Source: Intoshia linei (lineage: Eukaryota > Animalia > Orthonectida). From it: 37,253 nt of DNA. The DNA is taken from NCBI GenBank assembly GCA_001642005.1, contig LWCA01000242.1, forward strand, positions 1 to 37,253, given 5' to 3'. Shown here one piece after another: positions 1-13,500 of the stretch; positions within the stretch are counted from its first letter, which is position 1, and the number at the start of each line of letters is the position of its first letter. Below the pieces are notes generated by a model. The model was not told the origin of the DNA. It did not search any database and saw only the letters and a list, made by a program, of their open reading frames with translations. The position numbers and the translations under genes were made by a program.

Positions 1-668
1 TATTTTTTTCAGTGAATTTTAATTAATTTGTCATAAATAGGATAGTTAGTATAATTATTTTCAATTGTTGCTCTTTGAATAAAAAATTTTTAAGTCCAAA
101 AAGTTAAAATATTTTTCTATTAGGTACAAAAAGTCAGATTTATAGGTCCAAAAAAAACTTGCCCTAGTTATTACTAATAACTTATTAGTAATTATCATAT
201 AAGTCTTATATAATAAGATAAAGTCCAGAAGTTAAATAATACTAAAAATTATGTTCAACATAAAAATAAATAAATTAAGAATTAAAGATTTAGTTACTAG
301 TACTCGGGTGTATCCGAATTTTTCACATTTTTTTGTCTTTACCCATTCAAGATTAAAATTAAGTTCAGTATATTAAGCATGTTTGATACTAGAACCCTGC
401 ATAATCCAAAATTTAAATTTTTCATTTCGTTACGATCCATATATTATGAGTCATGACCAGTATCCCTTGCAGTTTTCAATATATTAAAAATTTTTCAATT
501 TTAACTTGGCCACCAATATTGCATTAATATTTAAAAATTATTAAAAAAATGCAGGGGTCTAGTTGATAAAATAAACTTGATATAAATTTTTATACCAATA
601 AAAGTAATCACACATTACCACTATATTACTTAAATATAGGTCTGATTGTAATTAATAAAATAAATAAC

Positions 669-3600
669 AGGTTCAATATCTTTCTGATCAACGGCCACGC
701 TGAATCCAACCAATGCTTGGTCTGAATAAATTGATATAAAATTTTCAACCTAAAAAAATTGTTAACTATATATTTTACATTATTATTAGTTTAGTGCAGG
801 CGCAAAAAAATCTCAACTTGAGCGTAATAATTCCATTGGATCAAAATATAATACAATATTATCTATTTATCTCAATCTTGGATATATGTCTGTTATGACT
901 GACATAGTCACAATATAATAGGGATTTTGGCGTAATAGAAAAAATAAAAATAAGAAACCATTTATAAAACTAAATTAAATGGTTTAAAAAACCGATTTAA
1001 GTTTCCATTAAAATCTCCTGATACATATATGTATAATAGGGTGGTTCAAAAACAAGAAAATTTTTGAAATTGAGAAAGTACTTTTGATATTTTGATAAGG
1101 GTGGTAAATAATGATTATTGGCAAAAAAATTAATTCGATTCGATTAATTTTCCTTTGTCACTCGAGCGGGGGAAATCTATAATATAGTATTTTATAATAT
1201 AAATATTTTAATGGTAACCATGAAAATTAATTGACAAATATTAATTAAAACGTTCATCCATTAGTGAAATTATCCATTAGGCAAAAAAATAACTCGATTC
1301 CATAAAATTTCCATCGCCAACCGAACAAGGGAATAATCAATATTATCGAATTTGTATAATATTAATATTTCAATGGTAGCCGTGAAAGTCGAGTGACGAT
1401 TATTAATTAAAACGATAATCCAATGGGTGACAAAGGCAAAGATTCATTTTATGAAAAAGTAAATTAAAAATAAAGTCGTATCGATTCGAAATACGGAAAT
1501 TTTTTAACAGAATATGTGATTTTTTATAAAATTTTAAAATTTGGACCAAAATTAAAATAAAATGATTTATAAATAAAAAAAGAACAACAAATGTTTCATA
1601 ATTTTAATTTATATAATTATTAAATTTGATAATACATCTGTTAACACATAATAAATTGTTTAAAAAATTNTAAAATTTCCACAGCCAACCGAACAAGGGA
1701 ATAATCAATATTATAGAATTTGTATAATGTTAATATTTCAATGATAGCCGTGAAAGTCGAGTGACGATTATTAATTAAAACGATAATCTAATGGGTGACA
1801 AAGGCAAAAATTCATTTTATGAAAAAGTAAATTAAAAATAATAGTCATATCGATTCGAAATACGGAGTTTTTTTTAACAGAATATGTGATTTTTTATAAA
1901 ATTTTAAAATTTAGACCAAAATTAAAATAAAATAATTTATAAATAAAAAAAGAACAACAAATGTTTCATAATTTTAATTTATATAATTGTTAAATTTCAT
2001 AACACATCTATTAACACAGAATAAATTGTTTAAAGAATTTGAATAATTTGATAATGTAATAAATAAGTTCCATTTTATTTGTTTAAATTAAACTTTAACA
2101 ATGAATTATAACATATAACCAACACTACATTTTTATACTACAAAAATGTATATATGTTGTATAGAATGTGTACAATTATGAAATGTACACATTCCACGGG
2201 CAAGTCGTTAGAATGTACACATTTCATGGATAAGTCGTAGAATATACACATCTCATGGATAAGTCGTACAGTATACAGTACAGATTAACGTAACAACGCA
2301 GGATATATTATTAAGATTAAAAATAATTAATTCAATTTATTAAATATAAAATTTATAACTGGAAACACGATATTTGACACAGAAATCATTGATAACTAAT
2401 CAATTATTTTGTTTTCTAAAAATCTTAAAAACCCCTCTTGAAAGTTTGGTTCAAAAAAAATCGTAATTAAATGAAAGTTTTACAAATACAAATCAATTTA
2501 AAAATAAACATGAGCTTGTTAATTTAACTGAATTGGTAAATTCGCTGTTAGCAAAGCATCAATTATGTATCTAACTCTGAATTAGCGTCTAAGACACATT
2601 CTTAGTCAAATACATTCTACGACTTGCCCGTGGAATGTGTACATTTCACAGTTGTACACATTCTATGCAACATATATAAGAAATGTAAATTTGGTGGTGA
2701 TGAGTGTCGAAGCAATAATTAATTTTATACTGTAAAAATTTGTACAAGTCATTTTTACCCAATTTCCCTAATGTATAATAAATAAACAAAAAATACCAAA
2801 TATGGTAAATTCGTGGACTCTGCAACTAATTTTCCAATTGGATAATTATAATTTGTGCTATACTTGACTCGATTTGGCGGAGAAATTATATATGACAGCA
2901 AAAGTTGGTTTATGGCACCTTTGAGAGAATACACTGTTCCAGGCGAATTAGCTTTACCAGCAACAATTGCATAAACGGTATCACAATCAAAACCGAGACG
3001 CAAGGATCCTATGTATAATTATATTTGTACATATTTTATTTTTTTTAAGTACCTCCGAAATATTTAGATTTAGGTTCAATAAAATTTTTTGTAATATCTG
3101 TAGTTTTTTCGGTGGTAATGTCACTAAAGTTGTGAAAAGTTTCAATTTGTCCATTTTCTTGGCATAGATGGATCAAATCAGTTTGGGAAATTCCATCTCC
3201 AAAAATGGCGGTATTATTATTACTGTAATGAGATTGTATATATTTCTGCATCTGCATTATAAAAATTAATTAACAACATAGAAAACTACAAAAATAAATT
3301 AAAATGACCTGCTCGGTGTTAAAAGAGTCGTATTTGTAATTTGTACTGAATAACGAATTCCCTAGTGCTTCATTTCTGAAAGCTGCAGTGTGAATTCCTT
3401 CATATAATACTAAATTCAAATTACAAGAAATAAATAACAAAAGAATTACAAGAATCTATGTTCTTTTCATGCTTTTCCAAATCAAATTTTAAAAATTTAG
3501 CACTGTCTCTAATCTCCCAAGATTTAAATCCTGGATTAAAAGCCGATTCAAATAAACATTTCGATAATTTTGGTCTGAGTAATTAAATTAAAATTTTTAT

Positions 3601-4671
3601 TTTAATTATATATTCAATTGTTTTTATTGTCAATAATGAGATAATAAAAATTACAAATTTTCTCGAAGACAAGTCAAGTTGTATATTATAAATTCTCTAT
3701 CAGTTTGAATACTAAAATTAAAAATTAAAAGTGTAATAAATTCTAATATAGTTGTGATTTTAGTTAAATTTTAACTTAAAAATTTAAAAGGAAAGATGTC
3801 AATTTGTGAGATTGGAAAAATTTTTTAATTCTCATTAAAAAACTTTGTGACTTTTGAAATTTTGATAAAACTAGTTGGTAGAGAACAAGTAAGAAAATTA
3901 ATTTAAAAAAGTTCGACCTTGACACCTAATTGGTTTCATAACTAAACTCTTTTCAAGCTACAAAAAATATAAAAAAATATAACACCTTAAATTTCCACCC
4001 AGTTGTTGTAATATCCGATTTAGACTAAAATAAGAAATGTCTTTACAACCCTAAATAACAAATTATAATATTTAGGATTCAAAATATGTATTTCTATAAA
4101 TATACATGTATAAATATGTATATAAAAAACGTGTATACCAAATAAGCTGATTGTCTAATTCTATGAGTAATACCATAATTTTCATCAGTTTCATGTTTTG
4201 ACCCGGCACAGTGAATGACGGACAATTTGACAATATTGCTATCATTTTCTAATGATACCAAAGATAATCCATTTTTATATTTCAAATGCTAAATGAACAA
4301 GTTGAATTTTAAATAGTTTCATGTAATAAAAATTTTTTAGAATATAGTAAAATATTTTAATACATTAAATTTCCCTTTTACTTATTCAGGTTCCATTTTT
4401 TATTCGATTATGATTATAAATTTTACAATATGTACAACTGAAAAAAATATAGCATTAAAAAATTTATTGAAACATTAAGGATTTGACAATATATATCCCC
4501 ATCAATACAACAAAAAACCTGATAATCACTACTATCATGTTCAAATCGAGCAATACTTGATGCGGTAGATAATTTGCAATTAAAAACCTAAAATATAATA
4601 AGATTTATTTTCAATATATAATTATTTTATTATATTTTTACTCTTTTAAATCGATTTATTATTCTCAGCAT
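669..4671 (-). CDS. UQCRC2: Cytochrome b-c1 complex core protein 2 (M16 peptidase-like), multi-exon, 3'-partial (continues left of the window)
   Basis: Manual splicing across GT-AG introns: exon 1 4642-4671 MLRIINRFKR (mitochondrial-presequence-like), then VFNCKLSTASSIAR..., exon 4139-4288 HLKYKNGLSLVSLEND...AGSKHETDENYGITHRIRQSAYL, then LQQLGGNLSIQTDRE, ESAFNPGFKSWE, IHTAAFRNEALGNSL, KYFGGSLR...AESTNLPYL (ends 2797), and exon 669-749 VENFISIYSDQALVGF. These match core protein 2; no HXXEH motif. Confidence 0.9.
1039..1440. mobile_element. End of a GGG-terminated DNA transposon remnant with an internal tandem unit of about 160 bp
   Basis: taGGGTGGTTCAAAAA resembles the termini at 5645/7610, 21691 and 34188; units 1120-1279 and 1280-1440 are diverged copies beginning ggcaaaaaaat. 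Confidence 0.5.
1303..2039. repeat. Direct duplication of about 367 bp (1303-1669 vs 1671-2039) flanking the single N at 1670
   Basis: Sequence after the N restarts the sequence at 1303 with scattered substitutions; probably an unmerged contig or haplotype overlap. Confidence 0.85.
2151..2677. mobile_element. MITE with TIRs of about 65 bp and a 3x 29-30 bp subterminal tandem repeat, in the UQCRC2 intron
   Basis: tatatgttgtatagaatgtgtacaa...ccacgggcaagtcg (2151-2217) is the near-perfect reverse complement of 2611-2677; unit aatgtacacattYcaYggRYaagtcgtag occurs three times at about 2182-2269. Confidence 0.8.
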
Positions 4672-4829
4672 ATTTTATCACTTTTAGATGCAAGTATGTA
4701 CTGTTCAAAGGTAATTCCAATATCAAATATATATAATATAAATTTTAGTTTAGTGTCAATTATCACAATAGTTTCACAAGAAACAAAGTGTTTATTTTAT
4801 AGAATTTTAATTATCATTATATTATTTTG

Positions 4830-5037
4830 CGTAAGCCAAATTAATGAAAAATAAGCTAAATTTTTTATTAAAACGCCAAATTCTTCCACCAGACACGCCA
4901 ATAAAAAAATAAACGTAATAAATATCAGAAAAAAGATATTAAAAAATTAAAATGATTACTTATACCTTTTTATATGTATTAAAATTCATTTGAATGTTGT
5001 CATGAATTTGGCGTATATTCTATTAATATGGCTTACG
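4830..5037. mobile_element. Small inverted-repeat element (MITE-like) upstream of UQCRC2
   Basis: cgtaagccaaattaatgaaaaataagctaaatt versus the reverse complement of the right end, cgtaagccatattaatagaatatacgccaaatt. Confidence 0.6.
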
Positions 5038-5644
5038 AAAAAATGGGCAACCTTTTAATTATGCAACATCACTAAGGTTGAAAAAGTATCAGAGAAATGT
5101 ATTTATATATAAAAATATTTCAGCAATGATGGACACAGCCGAACGTACTTAGACTTATTTTGACGGGACTCGGTGTAAATTTTGTAAAATTGAAACCTCA
5201 TTTTTCCAAAATAAGAATTTATATATAATACAATTTAATATTGAAAGTATCCTAGAATTTAAAAAAAATTATAGTCGATTAAATAGATCCACCCAAAAAA
5301 TTTAAATTTACAATTAATCATAATTTTTAATAGTAATTTAGTGATGCGATTTTTTTAATTTATTAGAGTATAATCTTAAAAATAAAGTATAAACCTACAG
5401 TACAACCCTAAAAACCATTATAAATAACATGTATTACTTAAAAAATAAAATTGAAAAACCTGTAGTAATAATGTGATGGAATATATTAAGTAACTGTTTT
5501 AGATAAGTAAAAAATGTTTTGTATCAATATTAGTAAATAAATTCTACAATTTATTTATTTTTATTATACATTATGATATTCATTGTACTTAATTTTAATT
5601 GTATTGGTGGAATATCGTGTAACTAATAAATTCAAGGGTATCAA

Positions 5645-7610
5645 GGGTTATTTCATTTTTCTGATATAAAAAATGACATATAGACAATGATCCCTGCTTA
5701 ATTTACTGCAGAATGATATTAATATTTTTAATTTTTATCCAAAAAACCCCCGCGTCTTGAAGTTCATTGTGTGATTTCTCAGTTAGTTTATTGAAAATTT
5801 TTATAATCCGTTTTCGTGTTAATAACTTTAAAAATACAAGTACAGTGAAGTCTTACCATAACTTAATTAATGTATAATTAATGTTAGTAAATTAACTATT
5901 AAAGTTGAAAATGTATGTTCAAAAACTATAAACAAATTAAATTCAATCTAATTTAAATTCGTACCAAGTTTCTATGTAAAAAAATATCCTAACTTATACA
6001 AGGACAGTTTAAACCTTAAAGATGTCCTTGACTTATATAATATGTTACGCTATTTTTGTTTGTGTGTGTGTTACGCTTTATTTATATAACTACCCGTCTT
6101 AAAATTTTATAAAGTCCTTATTTCAATTACAGTTTTTTCCGGGGGTGTGCGCATACATAATTCAACCTCTCAAACTCACATCTTACGGGTCAAAAACTCC
6201 AATTATCCCTCTTTTTGAAAATCAAACGCATTTGAGAATTTAAAAAAATATATACGTTGATATGGATTTTAAAATCATAAGCATTACCATAAATTTAAAT
6301 TAAAAAAAATTATATCTTCAGAGCCAAAACCACAAATTACCCTTCTTTTTTAATGAAAATAGCCCTAGAATTTCAAAAAATTTCAATTCGAATAAGTGAG
6401 GACTTCACAGTCAAAAAAGCAGTTTAGTATTCCTATATTTTTTTACGAAATATTTTATTATAACAAAAAATGTTAAATAATTAACGGTGCTAAAATTAAA
6501 AAAAAAAATTATTATGATAGAGCTCATTTCAGTTAATATAAATACAAAAAATTCAACCCCAGAAATCCACGCATTCCCGGTGAAAAATAATTTTTAATAT
6601 ATTATAACCAATATTTTTCAAATATTTCGAATTAAAATAAAAAATTGCAAATGTAAATATTGATCCTACAATTTCAAAAAAAATGTGCATTGAACGTCTA
6701 CACATTTCCAATTATAATAAAAATCTATATAATTGATTCCTTCGCAATTTTTAAATTTGAAATTCTCATTTTCAATGCATGTTGTTTCAAATTAATCAAC
6801 TTAACTTACAACAACAAATGTTAACAAACAAAAAATTAAAATGGAATAATTCACTTTAAAGTAAAAAGTAATGTGATGTGATGGTTCCACCTGACACAAA
6901 TTTAGGAACCACTCCTTTAAAGGATTGATAATAGTGAATAGTAGGATTTTTAAGTTAGATTTTCAACGTGAATTTATTTTTTAAGTATAATTAAAATGTG
7001 CCCTCGGCAAAGCTATATAAATGTAGTTAAGAAATATAAATAGTATCTGCGGTGATAAAATATTCACAAAAGTGATAAATTATATTTTATCATTTTTAAA
7101 CTCGTTTTACTCATTTAATCGTTAATATTATGAACGTAACAAAATAATTTTTTTACAATAGTACTTAAAAAATATTTGAGTAGAAGCATTTAAAATATTC
7201 TAACCCAGTTCATATAAATTCATGTTTTTTTTTGAAATTATTTAATTTTTTTAAAAATAATGAAAATTTTGTCCGTGAATCGTGTTTAAAATATGCTCTT
7301 ATTTTATTTTTCTAAATTAATATGATTAGTGTCACATGTTTTTAGAGATATAGTTAGAGTTATAGATCATGATCTATGTTAAATTTTAAAATTATAACAA
7401 ATGTATAGAAAATACGGTTAAAAAAATGTTGTAATATTTTTTTACTATGAACAATGTTAGAAAAACAGAAAAAAGTAAAAACGCGGGGTGCCATGTTTTT
7501 TCTGAGCAAAATATAAAATATTTATATTGTTCTAAAGCAAATTAAATGGAAATTATTGTCTATATATTTTTTTTTTACATTTCAAAAAAAAGTCCAAATT
7601 GGAATAGCCC
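5645..7610. mobile_element. Non-autonomous DNA transposon with GGG...CCC termini and long imperfect TIRs (possibly Sola2-like), interrupted by a Helitron
   Basis: 5670-5760 (atatagacaatgatccctgcttaattt...aaaaccccgcgt) is an imperfect reverse complement of 7480-7570; termini are gggttatttc / gaatagccc. Confidence 0.6.
5987..7015 (+). mobile_element. Non-autonomous Helitron copy, 3' end truncated
   Basis: Starts a|TCCTAACTTATA followed by a (TG/TTTG)n tract; colinear with 17233-17930, and with 24420-24620 and 34751-35810 in reverse; ends at gtgccctcggcaaagcta just before the terminal hairpin. Confidence 0.75.
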
Positions 7611-8157
7611 TATTGTACCAAGTACATAATTCAAGTTAGTATATAACAATTAAAATGTAAAAATTAAATGCTGAAAAGCTAAAAAAGATAATTTGTTCTA
7701 CATTATCTAATTTGCAAGCAATTTATGAAACAATTTTTCTCAATCATTAAAAAAATGGAGCAATCCAATAAAACAATGAATCTCCAAAACCAAGAAATCG
7801 TCAATGTATAGAAAATGGAATGAATATAAAATTTGGGTTAACTGTGGAAAAAGTAAACGCCTGATTGCCAACACATTGAAATGAAATTAGTCGATACGCA
7901 CAAAAGTATAATTCATGTATATCGTCTTATTCTAAAATTAATTAAAAGCGTTATAGAAATTTAATAAATATATTACTAAAGTATTAAAATAGTATTGTAC
8001 TCAATTCAAAATGTATGGAAAAACAAATAATTATTAGCGTCTAGCTGTAGCAAAACATTTCATTTTCATTTTCATTCGTACTATTTTACCTTTTCAATTA
8101 TAATTATAGTAATCATTGCAATTCAGTCATTCCATTTTATTTATTTTTATTTTTGAA

Positions 8158-10510
8158 ATGGCGGATGCTAAAAAAACTACATGTATTGTTGGAGCACCTT
8201 ATTGTACATTATGCAACGAAAGAGTGTATTTTCGAGAAGAAAAAAGTATTGGAAATAATTTTTGGCATATGAAATGTTTTAAATGCAGTAATAATTAAAA
8301 TATATACGCTAACATTAAATTGTAGTGTTGGAGTTATTTAATAATTTCAAAATATTATTACTTAATTTTTAATAATAATTACTAAATTGAATATTGTATA
8401 AATTGTCATAATTTCTTATTAGGCGATTGTAAAATGTTTTTGGATCGTGATCGAGCACTCAGTATCGAAGATGATTTGTACTGTAATATTTGCCACAGAA
8501 AAAAGCAAGCAAACGAAGGAAATCCACCAAAGGTGCAATTAATCATAAAAAACGAAATGTGCTATCGATGCAATAAAACTGTCTATTTTGCAGAACAAAT
8601 AATCAAATTGAATCAAAAATGGCATAAAAACTGCTTTACTTGCCGTAATTACTATATTTACTAGTTTTCTGAGTATTTCTTCTATTAAAAGTGCTAAAAT
8701 TCGGAGGGTGTCTTTATTTTAACTAGCACTGTATTACTTTTATTATTGAACTGATAGTACGTTTATTAGATTATTTTTTTAGAAAAATGTAATACAAGCA
8801 TACAAATGGGATCATATTGTGAACACGACGGAGAAGTGTATTGTAAGAAATGTTACAATTCCGATTACAAACCTGTAGGATACGGAACGACCCTATCATC
8901 ATACACTAATCAAATAAAAAATTCAGAAGATCAAACCCCCGGAGAAACTGATGATAACAATGAAACAAAATTAGATACCTTACAAGATTATAAAATAATC
9001 CCTGATGCACAAGATTTAAAAAATATTCACACAGCCAATGATTCCAATGTCAACAGTTACCTCGACAATATTAAAGAATTGAATAATCAAAAACCTTTAA
9101 CAAAAGAAACTATAATTCCAAACAAAGTCGCCATTCCTAATATATTTCAAAACGTCAGCATTGAGAATTGCTCTGAATGCAATTCAACCGTGTTTCTGGC
9201 AGAGAGATTGGCATTTAATGATAGAGTTTATATTTAATTATAATTTTAATATGTATGCATAATAAAAGATGTATATCACGAGATAAACATGTTACGACTG
9301 ATATTTTTCATTTATGGCAAGTGTCGTAATCGTTATCTTAAGTTTGACCTTGCGGTTGATAGTTTCATTTTTTCGTTCACTAATACATGTATTTAGATAT
9401 TCCATCAAAGTTGTTTTCGATGTTTAAAGTGCTTAAAACTTTTAAACTTGGCTAATGCCATAACATTTGAAAAAAGCAAGATTATTTGTCGAGGTATATT
9501 TGAAAAAAATAATATATATTACGGTAGCCACCTTTTTTATCTTTTGAAATTTTATATGAAAAAATCTCTTTTAACAAAATAAAATGTGCATTTTCACGAA
9601 CAAAACCCGAGATTCCCTTTTTTAAAAAAATAAAAATAGTTATAGAATTTTTTAAAAATTACACCTGATACAGTGGGATTACATCCAATTAACACAAACT
9701 TAAAATTTCAATCTGACAAAGTGACGCTTGCCGATCATAAAAGCACTATAGTATCAATTTTTTTTAATTCGAAACTATTTTATTAACAAAAAATTTGATA
9801 TAATTAATGGTCCTACAATTAAAAAAAGATTAATCTAATACAGCTTATTCTAGTTGATATAGATACAAAATGTCAACCCTAGAAATTACGTATTCCCGGT
9901 GAAAAATAATTTTTAATTTAAATTAGCAACTAATATTTTTCAAATTTTTGTATTTTTAATTTAAAAATTACATTATATTAGATTAAAAATTATCCCAGAA
10001 GTTTGCTTTGCTTTTTAAAATTCTAGGATTCTTATCAAAATATATTTATTTTAAAAAAGGGTAAATAAGGTTTTTGACCTTGTAGAATCTACATTCTATG
10101 TGTCTATTTCTGTGAATGAAATTTGTTTTTAAACGTTTTTATTGGACGCTTAATTTTTTATTTAAACGTTAATAAAGAGATTTTCAATTTTGGATAAATA
10201 AGATACATTTTGTACCCATGAATCTATATGAAAATTATAAAATTTATCATTCATCAAAAAGGGTGAGGATTCCATACTAAGGATATTGATTCGTCGCCAA
10301 ATTTTTTTTTAGTGAAATTTTTTTCGCCAAGTTAAACTGGTTTGAAAGAACCGTTCTAATAACATTTAAATTATTTCGGACCAAAACTTTTCATATGGTA
10401 AGTTTGTAATATATTTTATTATGTACAATGTACATTTTAAATAAATATGTAAATTAATAGGATGTCATACAAAACAAATGTCTCCATTGACATATACACT
10501 AAAGGAATAA
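8158..10510 (+). CDS. Three-LIM-domain protein (CRIP/CSRP/muscle LIM-like), about 313 aa
   Basis: Exons 8158-8287, 8423-8644, 8783-9225, 9397-9493, 10461-10510 (942 nt, in frame, GT-AG). Three CxxC-x17-HxxCxxCxxC-x17-CxxC motifs, including CRIP-like VYFAE...WHKNCFTC...EHDGEVYCKKCY...PVGYG. Confidence 0.9.
9590..10260. mobile_element. Fragments of the Helitron repeat family in LIM gene intron 4
   Basis: Shares motifs aaagtgacg, tgtcaaccctagaaattacgtattcccggtgaaaaataattt with 6550-6600 and 17740-17790; the portion from about 10010 is in reverse orientation. Confidence 0.6.
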
Positions 10511-10580
10511 ATTAATAAAAACAAAAATACCAAAAACATTATATTTATTAAATAAATATTACAACACTATATTTGGCCAT

Positions 10581-13500
10581 TTATTGTTCTTTTTTTTTAT
10601 TTTATTTACCAAACAATAATCCATAATTAGACATGAACGCATCAATTCAGTTAAAATTATAATCTAAAAAAATCAAAATACAATTTAATCATAAATAGTC
10701 ATGTACTTATTAATTTATAATAACCATTATCTATAATCAATTAAAAAATCAGTCTTAAAATTAAAATTCGGCCATCGGCAGAACTAGCTGCAGTTTGTAC
10801 GAAGTAAATAACAGTCAAGTACCTGTACCTATAATAAAATAAAAGTACCTGACTAAGTGCATAAAAAATATTGCAAGCATAATAGAAATTCGAATTCGTT
10901 GATCCTTTCATAATCCAATAGTACCTCAATGGAGGATACATGAAAAATGTAATTGGAAGGAAAATCATAGGTAGGGTCATATTTTCATTAACTAAATGAT
11001 ACAATCAGCGAAACTAATCTTAAAAATAATACAAGAAAATTGACATTTCCAAGATAAAATTAACGAGAGGTACAAGGAAAGTTGTGAATACGATGTATAT
11101 GGATCATAAAGACAAATTATTCCCAAAATCAAGTAGAATGAAAACATTGGTTTTTTTCTAAAATTAATAAAAAATGTACAATGAGACTATTCCATTCTAT
11201 GTATGGCGATTCCACAACAAAAATAGATAAATACTAGATTAAATCATTGCCAATGATGATCACTAGGGCACTTCTCATAAACGTTGATATAGTTAAAAAA
11301 TGTTAAAAGAAATATTAACTTTATCTGCCCTAATGACACAAAGGAAATGGGTTTACATGGAAATTAAATATGATAGTTTAAAAAAGTACACAAATCTAAT
11401 TGAGATTGTCAATGTATGCATAAATATTAAGAGTTGATAGACGCAAATAAAAAATTTTTCAAAATGGATAAACATTTCAGCAAACATGTACCAAGATATT
11501 CCTACATTTGGATCAATTTCAATAATCTTTAGTCTATTAATTACTATTAACACATTATAATTCATAAAATAAATGAAATTTATTAATAAACCTTTTCCAA
11601 TAAACGCTTTCCAAAAATTGATAAAATGTACACTGTTGAATTTGACGTGAAAATATTAGTACAATACATAACGTCAAAAACGCAAAATCTTTTAATTGTA
11701 AACATTTATTCTAAAATTATAATAATAAATAAAAAGTAATAATAAAATACTTTGAAAAGATAAACGAAAATAGGAATAATTAAAAGAATTGGGTATAAAT
11801 CATTGTATACACAAAGAGAAAAAACTAACATTGTCATTTTTGTGTGTTTTGTATAAAGGAGAAACCACAAAAGTGAAATTAAAAGATTTGAAACGGTGCT
11901 AGTCGATTTCAAGCCACATGCTGCAATTATACTTGGATTTAATAAATATCTAAAAAAATAATAATACAAAATAATTCATTACTGAATATGTAGTAATGTT
12001 TCAGAAGTGGGCAGATTTTAATTTTATCCATACAGGCAAGTTTAATATATTTTTAATTCGAAAATGAATTAGAGATTTTTTTCAATTAATCTGTAGTACA
12101 GATTCCATACTTACAGTCAGTTACATTGTACTGTTAATATCAGGGGTGTCAGACTCAATTTGCTTGGCGAGCCAAATGTGAAAAAAAATTATTACGCAGG
12201 GATCACAAAAAAATCCTTGCTCAAAAAATTATGTTAAAACTAACAGATTTAATTAATTTATAATGATTTTAATTCATAAAATGAAATAAAAATAATGAAA
12301 ATGTATGAAAGTGTACAAATAATGTTAAAACTGTAATAATGAATAAATAAATCATGAAAAATATATGAAAAAACTGTAAAATAAGAATTAAATGTATGTG
12401 TAAAAAATAAAAATTTATATTATAACGCGAGCCGCACTTTCCATAATTGGGGGCCTAAATGGCCCGAGGGCTGCAGAATTGACATCCCTGGTCAATATGA
12501 TAAAAATGCACACATATTTATTATAAAATGTTGCAATTACAAAAAATTTCAATTTTTTTCGTAAATTTTGGGGTCATAGTTTGCCCACCTCTGTAGTACA
12601 TAATCGTGAGATAAAATAGAATGCAGAAAACCCACGAAAATGTGGATTAATTTTAATAAGTGACAATATTATTTATACATTTTATTACATAACAAGTTGT
12701 CATTGATAACTTGGTCCCAACTGGCACTATATAGCCAGTAATAGGCCATAATTCACATATAATTCCATAATACAAACTAATTCTCGTTAACGAAATCATT
12801 GGTCCTGAAAAAAATCTCATTCCGTTAACTAGAAACTTTTTTGAAAAATATTCTCGTTAACAGAGTTTCTAGTCATTGATTACCCCAAAATCTAGACGAC
12901 AGATATATTATTATTCGACAAATCCAACTTTTATCCCATTATTAATAAAATTTCATAAAAAATACCATTTCAAGTCATAGGGAAAAATTGAGTTTTACTT
13001 ACATTTTGTTGAATTATCTGATTTTACGTAACCTTATGAAAAAAATCCACTTAATCAAACCTCAAAATAAAAAATTCCATTTTACCAAACTCTTAAGAGA
13101 AAAATATCCTTTTTCCAATATTTTGTTGAAAAACATGATTTACTAAATCCTATGATGAACAAGCTTTAATTTTTATATCAATGTTTTATATATCATGTTT
13201 ACCTTGGGGTGCAAAAAAATATTTTGAAATTAGGATCAGTACTAGGGTCACAAAAATTTTACAATATTACGGCACATTCTTGGGAAAATTTGAACTTTAC
13301 TATGGCACATTTTTGGGCAGTTTTCTCGTACATTAATAAACATCTCTGTAGCAATAACATTTAAAAAGTAAATTGTTTTTACCATAGAATTGAGTTGTTT
13401 TTAAAAAGTTTTGACAATGACATCTAATTATTAATAATTAATAAATCTGTAAATTGATCTCTTTTTATAAACAATATTCTAAAGAGAATTTTAATCTTTT

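Noticed and set aside
1303-2039. 367-bp tandem duplication as a biological event
   Set aside because: The breakpoint coincides exactly with the N at 1670, so it is most likely an unmerged allelic contig overlap.
2182-2269. Three 29-30 bp direct repeats superficially like a CRISPR array
   Set aside because: No spacers, eukaryotic intron context, and part of a MITE's inverted repeat.
3540-3660. Apparent non-canonical splice acceptor in UQCRC2
   Set aside because: Re-reading shows a normal GT-AG phase-2 intron giving RENLPKLSKCLFESAFNPGF.
7740-7940. Coding-like stretch upstream of the LIM gene (also about 5040-5200)
   Set aside because: Stops in the frames examined and no recognisable homology; cannot be called without a database search.
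12940-13160. Degenerate periodicity of about 30 bp in the PIGU intron (similar at 13650-13740)
   Set aside because: Too diverged to define a unit by eye; likely old TE-internal repeats.
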